The position numbers and the translations under genes were made by a program. Positions 47,606 to 56,175 of a stretch of 64,000 nt of DNA are shown in pieces. The stretch is from a virus. Positions within the stretch are counted from its first letter, which is position 1; every line of letters begins with the position of its first letter. The stretch spans positions 13,914-77,913 of IMG/VR virus record IMGVR_UViG_3300032304_000900. One strand, 5' to 3'. Under the pieces are notes generated by a model. The model was not told where the DNA came from. It saw nothing but the letters and a program-made list of their open reading frames with translations, and ran no database searches.

Positions 47606-48064
47606 ATGTTTCACAAAGGCAAATTCAGACCAAAACATCCCCAAAAATATGATGGCGATCCAACAAATATAATTTATAGAAGTAGTTGGGAATTGCGTTT
47701 TATGATTTGGGCAGACGAAAAACCGAATGTCACAAAATGGCGATCGGAGGAGACTGTTATTCCATATATTTCGCCGATTGACAATAAGCTGCACAGATAC
47801 TTTGTTGATTTTCAAATTCAAATTAAAGATAAAACTGGGGTACTAAAAACTTATTTAATTGAAATAAAACCAGAAATCCAAACAAAACCACCTGTAGTCC
47901 AGAGGCGAGTTACAAAAAGGTATCTTGAAGAAGTTGTAACGTGGGGTAAAAATGAAGCCAAATGGAAAGCAGCAAAAGAATACGCAAAAGACAGGGGTTG
48001 GGAATTTTTAATTATAACAGAAAAGAATCTTGGAATAACAAATAATTGGTATAAGACTAAATAA
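47606..48064 (+). CDS. gp4: Head completion nuclease (gp4/gp50-like, TnsA-N fold)
   Basis: KGKFRPKHPQKYDGDPTNIIYRSSWE, HRYFVDF, LIEIKP, NEAKWKAAKEY. Confidence 0.93.
   Translation: MFHKGKFRPKHPQKYDGDPTNIIYRSSWELRFMIWADEKPNVTKWRSEETVIPYISPIDNKLHRYFVDFQIQIKDKTGVLKTYLIEIKPEIQTKPPVVQRRVTKRYLEEVVTWGKNEAKWKAAKEYAKDRGWEFLIITEKNLGITNNWYKTK
48056..48063 (+). promoter_or_regulatory. Late promoter ACTAAATA for gp2
   Basis: Octamer overlapping the end of gp4, 5 nt before the gp2 ATG. Confidence 0.6.
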
Positions 48065-48068
48065 TTGA

Positions 48069-48653
48069 ATGAAAAAACAATCAACTGGTAAATTAGAATC
48101 TATCTTTAACGATAGCGCATATGATATATCTGCTGCTAAAAAGTCGCAACAGTGGTTCACAGCACAAATTAAAAAACTATCTACAGCAACTCCACAAAAA
48201 GTTTTACGTGATGGAACATTAACATCAACTATGATTCCTGGAGGAATGTATCTGTTTTACTATGACCCAAAACACAAAGATACATTACCATATTATGACA
48301 GATTTCCATTAGTTTTGCCATTTAGAAAAGTAAAAGGTGGTTTCTACGGATTAAACTTTCATTACTTACCACCTTTGTTGCGTGTAAGATTACTGGATAG
48401 ATTGTTACAATTTTCAACAACAGCTGGCTTAACAGAACAAACAAAATTAAGATTTAAATATCAACTTATTGCTGGAAGCGCAAAATTTGCAGCAGCACAA
48501 CCTTGTGTAAAAATGTATTTGAATAATCATGTAATGAGTAGATTTGTTGAAATAAACCCAAACGATTGGGTAACTGCTATGCTACTTCCTGTAGAAAGGT
48601 TTGTTGGAGCAAATAAAGACAATGTTTGGAGAGATTCTAAAAGGGCAATCTAA
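48069..48653 (+). CDS. gp2: DNA end protector protein (gp2)
   Basis: MYLFYYDPKHKDTLPYYDRFPLV, GLNFHYLPPLLR, W.TAMLLPVERF, VWRDSK. Confidence 0.93.
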   Translation: MKKQSTGKLESIFNDSAYDISAAKKSQQWFTAQIKKLSTATPQKVLRDGTLTSTMIPGGMYLFYYDPKHKDTLPYYDRFPLVLPFRKVKGGFYGLNFHYLPPLLRVRLLDRLLQFSTTAGLTEQTKLRFKYQLIAGSAKFAAAQPCVKMYLNNHVMSRFVEINPNDWVTAMLLPVERFVGANKDNVWRDSKRAI

Positions 48654-49321
48654 TGGCATCAATTAACGAATTTATAGCACAAGTAAAAGAAGAAGGATTA
48701 GCAAGAGATAATCGATATCTTGTTACAATCACACCACCACAATTTTTGGTCGCTAACGCACCAGATGTAAAATTAAGATTGTTGTGCCAAAGTGTATCAA
48801 TGCCAGGAATGAATTTTGTTTCAAACCCAGTACTAACATATGGCGAACAACGTGAAGTGATTTACAATCGTCAATTTGAACCAATTAATATGGAGTGGAT
48901 ACTTGATAGTAGATTGGATATTAAAAAGTTTTGGGATGAGTGGCAACAACTAATGATTCATCCAGTTTCTAGAATGGTTAGTTACTATGAAGATTATATT
49001 GGAACAATTGAAATCGATCAACTAGATGCAAGCAACGAAGAAAGACCAAGATATGCTGTAAGATTATATGAAGCATATCCTAAAACAGTAGCACCAATTT
49101 CTTTTAGTGCGGGATCAAAAGAAATTACTAAGTTGTCAGTAACAATTGAATACAAATATTGGCTACCATTAAATGTAGCAAGTAGCAGTAATGATTCACA
49201 ATATATTCCAGATTTTAATATGGGGTCGCCATCATATCAAGATTTACTTGGTGGTGGAATTCAATCATTTAATGTATCAGGAAGTACATTAGATTGGCCA
49301 TATCAAGAAATTGACATATAA
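48653..49321 (+). CDS. Tail tube initiator / gp19 paralogue (gp54-like)
   Basis: GLARDNRYLV, LLCQSVSMPG, YYEDYIGTIEI.QL, LYEAYPKTV, KLSVTIEYKYW; tube-fold family. Confidence 0.75.
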   Translation: MASINEFIAQVKEEGLARDNRYLVTITPPQFLVANAPDVKLRLLCQSVSMPGMNFVSNPVLTYGEQREVIYNRQFEPINMEWILDSRLDIKKFWDEWQQLMIHPVSRMVSYYEDYIGTIEIDQLDASNEERPRYAVRLYEAYPKTVAPISFSAGSKEITKLSVTIEYKYWLPLNVASSSNDSQYIPDFNMGSPSYQDLLGGGIQSFNVSGSTLDWPYQEIDI

Positions 49322-49348
49322 TAACAATAATAAAAAGAAAGGGTAATT

Positions 49349-49771
49349 ATGTCAGAAGAAAAAGCAAAAGAAGATTGGATGCAAAAGAAATGGCGTCCTG
49401 CTATGGGATGGATGTATATGGTTGTATGTTTCTGTGACATGGTTTTATTTCCAGTAGCTTGGTCAATTCTACAAGCAGTATTACATCAACCTGTTACACA
49501 ATGGAATCCTCTAACACTACAGGGTGCAGGTTTATTTCACTTGGCTATGGGTGCTGTATTAGGTATTGCTGCTTGGGGTAGAACGCAAGAGAAAGTTGCT
49601 GGAGCATCAACTGTTCCAACATCAGTAGGTTTACCAACTCCATCTCCAATAAGTTCAAGTATGCCATCATTATCACCAACACCAACAGTAACACCATCAC
49701 CAATGGCATCTGCTAAAATTCCTGATGATGCTCCTGTTGTTCCTAAAGGACGCATGAAAATTGAAGACTGA
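49349..49771 (+). CDS. Putative holin (3TM, gene-transfer-agent-type family) with Pro/Ser/Thr-rich tail
   Basis: WMQKKWRPAMGWMYMVVC..D...FP, WNPLTLQGAGLFHLAMGAVLGIAAWGRTQEK with hydrophobic segments. Confidence 0.7.
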   Translation: MSEEKAKEDWMQKKWRPAMGWMYMVVCFCDMVLFPVAWSILQAVLHQPVTQWNPLTLQGAGLFHLAMGAVLGIAAWGRTQEKVAGASTVPTSVGLPTPSPISSSMPSLSPTPTVTPSPMASAKIPDDAPVVPKGRMKIED

Positions 49772-50192
49772 TAAAGAATTGAGTAAAGTTTTTGACATTG
49801 AAGTTGAAAATGAAAAGGTAGGTGTAACAACAAATCTTGTTATTCAAGATGATGTTGTAAAAACATCTACGGAAAAAGTTGAGTCTGATTTTGATCAGAC
49901 AAGAAAAAACTTGCATCTTCTCTTGTTACAGGGAGAAGATGCTTTGATGGGTGCTCTTGAAGTTGCAAAATCTTCAGAGCATCCACGTGCTTTTGAAGTT
50001 GTTGGAAATTTAATAAAACAACTTGCTGATGTAAACCAGCAACTTATGGATCTTCATAAACAGAAACAAAATTTAGAAGAAACGAAAGATGGTTTATCTC
50101 CTAAAAAAAGTGTAACAAACAACAATGCAATATTTGTTGGAAGCACAGCTGAATTGAATAAGTTGATTAACAATATGTCTAAAGGGGAATAA
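49761..50192 (+). CDS. gp16: Terminase small subunit (gp16)
   Basis: DFDQTRKNLHLL, ALEVAKSSEHPRAFEVVGNLIKQLADVNQQLMDLH, VTNNNAIFVGSTAEL, matching T4-like gp16; TTG start overlapping the holin end. Confidence 0.88.
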   Translation: MKTDKELSKVFDIEVENEKVGVTTNLVIQDDVVKTSTEKVESDFDQTRKNLHLLLLQGEDALMGALEVAKSSEHPRAFEVVGNLIKQLADVNQQLMDLHKQKQNLEETKDGLSPKKSVTNNNAIFVGSTAELNKLINNMSKGE

Positions 50193-50194
50193 TA

Positions 50195-50905
50195 ATGACA
50201 TTACCAATGTATAAACATCCTGTCTATACAACAACATTGCCTTCTACTGGAAAGCAAATAAAGTTTAGACCATTCTTAGTAAAGGATGAGAAAAACCTTC
50301 TTCTAGCGCAACAAAGCGAAGAAGAACTAAACATGATTGATACTTTAAAAACAGTTATATCTGACTGTATTTTAGATAAAGATATTAATGTTGACGATCT
50401 TGCTATATTTGATTTAGAATATATGTTTACACAACTACGTGCTAAATCAGTTGGTGAAGAAGTTGAATTGATATTTACATGTAAAAATAATGAATGTAAA
50501 GACAAAACTAAAATATCTTTTAAGATTGAACCAGAACTAATTAGACCAGAAGGTCATAGTAATAAAATCGATCTGTTTGATGATGTTGGTGTAGTTATGA
50601 AGTATGCGAATTCTTCCATTCTAAAAGATATTTCAAAATTAGATACTTCAAATCCTGATCAAATTTTAGATCTAATCGTAAGCTGTATTGATTACATTTA
50701 CGATGCAGAATCTGTTTATCCTGCAAAAGAACAAAAGAAACAGGATTTAATTAAGTTCGTTGAGGGTTTGCCTAGAGCACCGACTGATAAAATTAAAAAG
50801 TTTTTTGAGACAACACCACGTTTGCAACAAAAGATTGAATTTGATTGTCCCAAATGTAAAACACATAATGATTATATAATTGAAGGAATAGATAGTTTTT
50901 TTTAA
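50195..50905 (+). CDS. gp26: Baseplate hub subunit/assembly protein (gp26-like)
   Basis: LPSTGKQIKFRPFLVKDEKNLL, FDLEYMFTQLRAKSVGE, two Cys pairs (CKNNEC, CPKC), C-terminal EGIDSFF. Confidence 0.88.
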   Translation: MTLPMYKHPVYTTTLPSTGKQIKFRPFLVKDEKNLLLAQQSEEELNMIDTLKTVISDCILDKDINVDDLAIFDLEYMFTQLRAKSVGEEVELIFTCKNNECKDKTKISFKIEPELIRPEGHSNKIDLFDDVGVVMKYANSSILKDISKLDTSNPDQILDLIVSCIDYIYDAESVYPAKEQKKQDLIKFVEGLPRAPTDKIKKFFETTPRLQQKIEFDCPKCKTHNDYIIEGIDSFF

Positions 50906-51090
50906 TTTGCCTTAGTCATGAAAATTTGTTTAATCACTATCAAATAAATTTCGGTTTGGTTCAGCATCATAAATACTCACTTGAGGAACTAGAGAATATG
51001 ATGCCATTTGAGAGGGAGATATATGTGTCGATGTTGTTACAACATCTAGAAGAAGAACGACAAAGATTACAAGAAAGAATTAACAAATGA
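50896..51090 (+). CDS. gp51: gp51-like hub assembly catalyst, in the -1 frame of gp26 with no good start codon (probable frameshift fusion)
   Basis: Not in the ORF track; translates as FFLICLSHENLFNHYQINFGLVQHHKYSLEELENMMPFEREIYVSMLLQHLEEERQRLQERINK*. QHHKYSL.ELENMMP.EREIY is the gp51-like signature. The stop overlaps the next ATG (ATGA). Confidence 0.8.
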   Translation, partial: FFLICLSHENLFNHYQINFGLVQHHKYSLEELENMMPFEREIYVSMLLQHLEEERQRLQERINK

Positions 51091-52748
51091 GATTAGTCTT
51101 AGATAAACTAGAAGAATATCAACCTGGAAATATAAAACTTAGACAGTTTGCAGGAGATCTCGCAGATAGTATCAAATCTAACTATGAGAGAGGAAGAACA
51201 TCCGTAACAGGTGGTAAAGAAGGTGCTGGTTTAGCTGGTTCATCTTTTTTCGAAAGTTTGGGTCTAACAGGCATTGCTAAGGCATATAAAGAAAAATCAG
51301 AAGCAAAAGAGCAACGTCGTCAAGATAAAGAAAAATTTATTGGCGACTTTCAGCAATATTCAGAAGCAGGAAAGACACTATCAGCAGACACCTCTCGTCA
51401 AATTGCTGATTCATTGTTTGAAGAAATTGCATCTAAACGTGAAGAATTAAAACGACTTCAAGAAGAAGAAGCAAGAATTCGAGAAGCAGGTTATAAAGTA
51501 AGCGAAGAAAATCTTGCGAAACAAAAAGAACTTGTTGATGCGATTAAAAATTTAGATCCAAGAACAGGCGACAAACAAGAAGGTTCCGCTGATCAAAATT
51601 TAAATCAAATACAATCTGCTGAAAAAGAAATGGAAGCAGCAGAAGTTGCGACTGAACATTTCGAGGTACAGAAAAAAGAACAAGAAGATATTACTGCTCT
51701 TTATACAATTACCGATGACCATTTTAAAAAAATGGATAAACGTACTGAAGAAATGCTTGAAGCATTAAAGGTTATCGCCGAAAATGGTGTTGGTGGTGGA
51801 GGTGGTGGCTTACTTAGTAGTGCTGCTGATCTGCTCGGACGTGGTGGTAAAGCAGCAGGAACTGCAGGAAAAATAGGCAAACTAGCAGGAATGGCTGGTA
51901 AACTTGGTACAGTTGCAAAAGTTGGTGGTGGTATACTAGCAGTAGGAACAGCTGCAGCTGATGCATATGGTGATTACTCTGAGGCACAAAGACAAGTTGA
52001 TGCTGGAGAGATTACAAAAGAACAAGGACAAGTTAAGAAAGGCGAAGCAGTAGGTGGTGGTGTTGGTGCTGCTGGTGGTGCTCTCGCTGGAATGAAAGCA
52101 GGTGCTGCTTTAGGAACATTCTTAGGTCCAGTTGGAACAGTAGTTGGTGGTCTCCTTGGTGGAGCAGCAGGTTATATTGGTGGTAAATATCTCGGGAAAA
52201 AAGCAGGTGGTGGTGCAGTATCTGGTTATCAAGCAGTAACAGGAACTGGTGGAGAAATGGCAGCACCAGCAGCATCTCAAGCAGCACCAGCAGGCACAGA
52301 AAACACAAGTCAAGGACAGTCAATTGATCCTGAAGTAAAAGCAAAAGATCCACTCTATCAGAAAATTTTCCAAGAAGAGTTAAAACTGTCAGGAAATAAT
52401 CGTGCAATCGCAGAAAAATTTGCAGATAAAAGATATTTACAAGAAAAAAATCTACAATCTAAAACTGGAGTGTCAAAAGTTTCTGATAAATCATCAGTTT
52501 CTGCTGCTACTCAAGCTACTCCAGAAAAAGTGCCAACATCTCAAGCAGTAGAAATTCAAGCACGCAGACGTGGTGTTCAAGATGCAGAAGCAGCAGCAGC
52601 ACAAACATCTGGAAATAATACAAATGTAAATGCTCCAGTAACAAACGTAGTAAATAATACTACGACACAACAAGGTCCAAAAGACACGAAAAATGCAGAT
52701 ACAACTTTTCAGAAATATCTAGATAGAAGATATTATCCAACAGCGTAA
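51087..52748 (+). CDS. Probable tape measure / hub protein (gp29-like)
   Basis: 553 aa; N-terminal coiled coil, central Gly/Ala-rich hydrophobic segment, C-terminal NVNAPVTNVVNN; follows gp26/gp51. Confidence 0.65.
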   Translation: MRLVLDKLEEYQPGNIKLRQFAGDLADSIKSNYERGRTSVTGGKEGAGLAGSSFFESLGLTGIAKAYKEKSEAKEQRRQDKEKFIGDFQQYSEAGKTLSADTSRQIADSLFEEIASKREELKRLQEEEARIREAGYKVSEENLAKQKELVDAIKNLDPRTGDKQEGSADQNLNQIQSAEKEMEAAEVATEHFEVQKKEQEDITALYTITDDHFKKMDKRTEEMLEALKVIAENGVGGGGGGLLSSAADLLGRGGKAAGTAGKIGKLAGMAGKLGTVAKVGGGILAVGTAAADAYGDYSEAQRQVDAGEITKEQGQVKKGEAVGGGVGAAGGALAGMKAGAALGTFLGPVGTVVGGLLGGAAGYIGGKYLGKKAGGGAVSGYQAVTGTGGEMAAPAASQAAPAGTENTSQGQSIDPEVKAKDPLYQKIFQEELKLSGNNRAIAEKFADKRYLQEKNLQSKTGVSKVSDKSSVSAATQATPEKVPTSQAVEIQARRRGVQDAEAAAAQTSGNNTNVNAPVTNVVNNTTTQQGPKDTKNADTTFQKYLDRRYYPTA

Positions 52749-52762
52749 AACAGGAGATTATA

Positions 52763-53356
52763 ATGCTTGGCGAATTATATTATTCAACAAAATTTTTAAC
52801 AGAAAATGAATGTAGCATTCTATTAAATCATTACAAAACTAATGAAGAAAAAGCTGTTCGCTCAATGGTTGGTTTTACTCCACCAAAAGTTGATTTTACA
52901 TATAGAATTAGTAAATCATTACAATTAGATATTGATAAACCAGAAATTAAATCAATTATAAACAAAGTAACAGAAACAGCAAAACATATTAATGAAGAAG
53001 TATTTCTGTTCAGTGTTAATTGGGAAGAGTCAATGAAGCCAAAAAATTTTTTGGTCAATGAATATGATGGAACAGAAAAAGCATTCTGGACAAAACACCA
53101 AAGTGTTAATTGGATTTCAAATGCGAATCAAAGAAAACTTTGTGCGACAGTGATTTTATCTGATACAAATGAATATGAGGGTGGAGATTTTATTATGTAT
53201 TTTGGAAGCACAAAAGATCAACCAAAACCACAAGAAATGAGGACAAAGGGAACACTGGTTATTTTTCCAGCATTTCGATTTGTTCAAATAATGCCTGTAC
53301 TATCAGGAAAGAAATATCATTTCGATTTGTTTTGGGAAGGACCATATTGGCGTTAA
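52763..53356 (+). CDS. 2OG-Fe(II) oxygenase-like protein (metal ligands apparently altered)
   Basis: RKLCATVILSDTNEYEGGDF...KGTLVIFPAF...PV..G..Y...W.EGP.WR scaffold of phage P4H-like oxygenases; HQS in place of HxD and no distal His. Confidence 0.75.
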   Translation: MLGELYYSTKFLTENECSILLNHYKTNEEKAVRSMVGFTPPKVDFTYRISKSLQLDIDKPEIKSIINKVTETAKHINEEVFLFSVNWEESMKPKNFLVNEYDGTEKAFWTKHQSVNWISNANQRKLCATVILSDTNEYEGGDFIMYFGSTKDQPKPQEMRTKGTLVIFPAFRFVQIMPVLSGKKYHFDLFWEGPYWR

Positions 53357-53358
53357 AT

Positions 53359-53376
53359 GGGGAGCCGAAGCTCCCC
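53359..53376 (-). terminator. Intrinsic terminator hairpin with cUUCGg tetraloop between convergent genes
   Basis: Minus strand reads GGGGAGC-TTCG-GCTCCCC followed by ATTT, just after the gp32 stop; convergent with the oxygenase stop at 53356. Confidence 0.85.
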
Positions 53377-53382
53377 AGAAGA

Positions 53383-54300
53383 TTATTCGTTTGCTAACTT
53401 CTGAAAGTAAGACAAATCATCTTCATCATCAGCAGTAGTTGCTACTGATTTTGCTGGAGCAACAGCTGGCTTAGAAGCGATTCTTGGAGCAGGTGCCTCA
53501 GGACGATCTTCTTCTTCAGCAATTTGCGCAGCAGTACGAGATGGAGCACCTTCGCCACTCAAAACTTGCTCAAGTTTACGCTTGAGTTCATCATAAGTTT
53601 TAAAGTTCTTACGATCCAAAAACTCAGATAACTTGTATTGCTTAGAAACGATAGCAAGTTTTTCCTCATCAGTTGGAGCAATTTCTGTCTGTTCCATAAA
53701 TGTAGATTGATCATAATTAGAGTAACCATCTACTTTACGCATACGCAATTTAAAGTCTGCGCCTTCCCACAAATCAAACACGAGAACTGGTTTCTCATCT
53801 TCAAAGGTAGGATTGGCTTTGTCCATAATCTTATCAAAGATTTTCTTACCAAACTTGAACAATTTAACTTGTCCGTTGTTTTCTGGTTTAGCAGGATCGT
53901 TAATGATAAGTACGTTGGCGATATATGTCAACTTACGTTTTTGTTTGCGAGCAATTTCTTTGTTTGCTTCAGAACCAGAATTCCACAAACGTGAATTTAG
54001 TTCACCAACAGGATCATTCTCACCAAGAGTAGTCAAACTATTCTCGATGTACCATTTACCAGTCGGACCTTGAAAACTGTGATTGAAGACACGTGCCCAT
54101 GGGAACTCGTCACCCTCAACTCGTGGGAGAAAACGAATCGTAGCTGTAGCATTACCTGCTTTATCTGGAGTCAGTTTCCAGAAACGATCGTCTTCGTAAG
54201 ATTTACCACCCTCGCCTGATGGCTTTGCGATTTTATCGAACTCACCAAGAATTTTAGAGAAATCTTGTGTGCGAGATTTGCGAAGTGTATTGATATCCAT
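53383..54300 (-). CDS. gp32: Single-stranded DNA-binding protein (gp32)
   Basis: DDRFWKL..DKAGN..A.IRFLP, HSFQGPTGKWYIENSLTTLG, FKFGKKIFDKI, FDLWEGADFKL, acidic tail DDEDDLSYFQKLA. Confidence 0.97.
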   Translation of the reverse strand: MDINTLRKSRTQDFSKILGEFDKIAKPSGEGGKSYEDDRFWKLTPDKAGNATATIRFLPRVEGDEFPWARVFNHSFQGPTGKWYIENSLTTLGENDPVGELNSRLWNSGSEANKEIARKQKRKLTYIANVLIINDPAKPENNGQVKLFKFGKKIFDKIMDKANPTFEDEKPVLVFDLWEGADFKLRMRKVDGYSNYDQSTFMEQTEIAPTDEEKLAIVSKQYKLSEFLDRKNFKTYDELKRKLEQVLSGEGAPSRTAAQIAEEEDRPEAPAPRIASKPAVAPAKSVATTADDEDDLSYFQKLANE

Positions 54301-54368
54301 ATGTTTTCCTTTGTCGTATAAAAAATGTATAAGTTTTGTCGTATGTCACACTATTCATGATATACAAC

Positions 54369-54376
54369 TATTTAGT
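54369..54376 (-). promoter_or_regulatory. Late promoter ACTAAATA for gp32
   Basis: Octamer about 70 nt upstream of the gp32 ATG. Confidence 0.65.
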
Positions 54377-55172
54377 CATCCTTTTTGTTCTCTTCAATAG
54401 TTTTTTCTTTCATATCCCAAAAAGGAACTTTAACAATTGGAGAATCTAAAAAGCCAACTAATGAATATTGAACACTGTCAAGTTTGTTGTTATCGAATAA
54501 TACTTGATGAAAGAACAATGGGTCGTATAAAACCGCACTGTTATATTCGAATTTCTCAAACGAATACAGTTCCCAATTTTCATTCCCCTCAAAGTTTGCC
54601 CATGACTTTGGTTCTTGTTCGTCATTACCTGAATAGATAGGAAATGCTCTCTTGAACAAGTCATCAGACAATTCTTTAATATCATCATTATACCTTACTG
54701 CTTGATATTTGTCAAGTTTAATTTTATAGAATCCCAAACCAACTGTTGGGTTTTCTGTCAAGCATAATGATGTTGCTACAGGATATGGCTCAAATCTTGG
54801 CATGTTATTGCTATTCTTAATCACCATATCTTTATGAAAAATGTTTGTTGTATAATACCAACTTGATAGTTTTGTATCAACATTAGTAAATTCTCTAAAC
54901 ACCTGAGCATATAATTTAGAGATTGTTGGAATCTCAAGAGAACTTATCAGTTGACGATACCCTGGAGTTGTAACTTCCACGTCACCACCATAAGCATTGT
55001 GTTTAGATATTAAATCAACAAATTTATCTGGATCCTCAAGAACATTCTTGACAACAAAATAACGCAATCCAGTTTCTTTGTCTTTTACAGTTTCAATATC
55101 TAATTTCTTGTTAATAGCAATAGCATCAAAGTGTTCACTTCGATTTATTGTGTTGAATTTCGTCAGGTTCAT
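54372..55172 (-). CDS. DUF6445-like double-stranded beta-helix (2OG-oxygenase-like) protein
   Basis: VVKNVLEDPD...TPGYR...GLGFY...YNSAVLYDPLFFHQ pattern; start moved to MNLTK at 55172, which has a GAGGA SD. Confidence 0.5.
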   Translation of the reverse strand: MNLTKFNTINRSEHFDAIAINKKLDIETVKDKETGLRYFVVKNVLEDPDKFVDLISKHNAYGGDVEVTTPGYRQLISSLEIPTISKLYAQVFREFTNVDTKLSSWYYTTNIFHKDMVIKNSNNMPRFEPYPVATSLCLTENPTVGLGFYKIKLDKYQAVRYNDDIKELSDDLFKRAFPIYSGNDEQEPKSWANFEGNENWELYSFEKFEYNSAVLYDPLFFHQVLFDNNKLDSVQYSLVGFLDSPIVKVPFWDMKEKTIEENKKDD

Positions 55173-55344
55173 AGTCATCCTCATAGTCGTCTTCATAATC
55201 AATTTCATCATCGTCTTCATAAAGAACATCGATAACTCTTTGATTCTTATTTGTTTTTCGCTGGTGTTCAGCAGTAATATGTCTTTTGGTTTTGTTACTA
55301 GACCTTTCGTCGAAGGTCTTTTCTTTTCGATAGGTGTGACCCAT
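55135..55344 (-). CDS. Small hypothetical protein, basic N-terminus and acidic YEDD-repeat C-terminus
   Basis: 69 aa directly after gp59. Confidence 0.7.
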   Translation of the reverse strand: MGHTYRKEKTFDERSSNKTKRHITAEHQRKTNKNQRVIDVLYEDDDEIDYEDDYEDDYEPDEIQHNKSK

Positions 55345-55346
55345 AA

Positions 55347-55967
55347 TTAAATCTCTTCAATAAACTTCACAAAAATTGGTTTTATTTTTTTCTCATCAAA
55401 TCTAATAAATGGTTTTGATTTAATAATCCTACGCATATCATCATCAAACAGTTGTCCCATATTTTCTTTCCATAGTTTAAGAAAAGGTTGAAATCTATCT
55501 AGCAAAATAATTGTTTCAAGTGTTATGTGTTTACCAATATACATTTGAAACAAATGTGGGACTTTAGGAAACTTAGAAGTTAAGTCCTCAAGAAATGGAT
55601 CCAACTTATTTGTTTCCCACTCAAGTCTAATTTTACTTAGGTCAGTTTTAAACACCTGTGTTAAAGACTGTTTCCTACGATTCCATTCTTTAAAGTTTTG
55701 ATCGGACTCTGTCGTACCATAAACAATATCTGTATTGCCCCAAGCACCATAGGCAAAATTTGCGATTAAATATTGTGCCATATCTAATTTGGAATCAAAC
55801 TTATCCGCAAATTTTTCATATAATGCATGCTGGTTTCTCTCATCAAATGCTTTACGTGACACACGAACTTTAGCATGAAACTCTGTTATGTCGTATTTGT
55901 CAGTTGTAAAATGTAATTTTGCTGCGAGATACATCCTATAAGCATTTAATGCTTTATCACTAGACAT
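55347..55967 (-). CDS. gp59: Helicase loader (gp59)
   Basis: AYRMYLAAKLHFTTDKYDI, YLIANF, ITLETIILLD, KSKPFI; start set at MSSDK (55967), overlapping the gp33 end. Confidence 0.88.
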   Translation of the reverse strand: MSSDKALNAYRMYLAAKLHFTTDKYDITEFHAKVRVSRKAFDERNQHALYEKFADKFDSKLDMAQYLIANFAYGAWGNTDIVYGTTESDQNFKEWNRRKQSLTQVFKTDLSKIRLEWETNKLDPFLEDLTSKFPKVPHLFQMYIGKHITLETIILLDRFQPFLKLWKENMGQLFDDDMRRIIKSKPFIRFDEKKIKPIFVKFIEEI

Positions 55968-56175
55968 CGAGTGTGGCTTGTTTTGGGAAGTAATTGAGTT
56001 CTGTAGCATTTACCTTAATCTTATCTCTAAGTGATTTATTGATCAACTTTTTAACATCTTCTGGTTCAAGATAATTTTCTTTACAATATTCCAACACAGC
56101 ATCCATGTGCGAAATCTTTTTTTCTTTTACCATTGCTTCTATGTGTAAAGAAAATTGTTTTGGATTATCAAACAT
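55960..56175 (-). CDS. gp33: Late transcription coactivator (gp33)
   Basis: FSLHIEAMVKEKKISHMDAVLEYCKENYLEPEDVKKLINKSLRDKIKVNATELNY; adjacent to gp59. Confidence 0.9.
   Translation of the reverse strand: MFDNPKQFSLHIEAMVKEKKISHMDAVLEYCKENYLEPEDVKKLINKSLRDKIKVNATELNYFPKQATLDV

Noticed and set aside
47606-48064. TnsA-like nuclease as a transposase or homing endonuclease
   Set aside because: Sequence and position next to gp2 match the core head-completion protein gp4; there are no mobile-element ends.
50918-50947. ATG at 50918 as the gp51 start
   Set aside because: It is in a different frame from gp51 and gives only a 9-codon ORF (MKICLITIK).
55173-55229. Met-rich N-terminus (MFFMKTMMKLIMKTTMRMT) of the 285-aa ORF
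   Set aside because: It is an out-of-frame reading of the YEDD repeats of the upstream gene, not a metal-binding leader.
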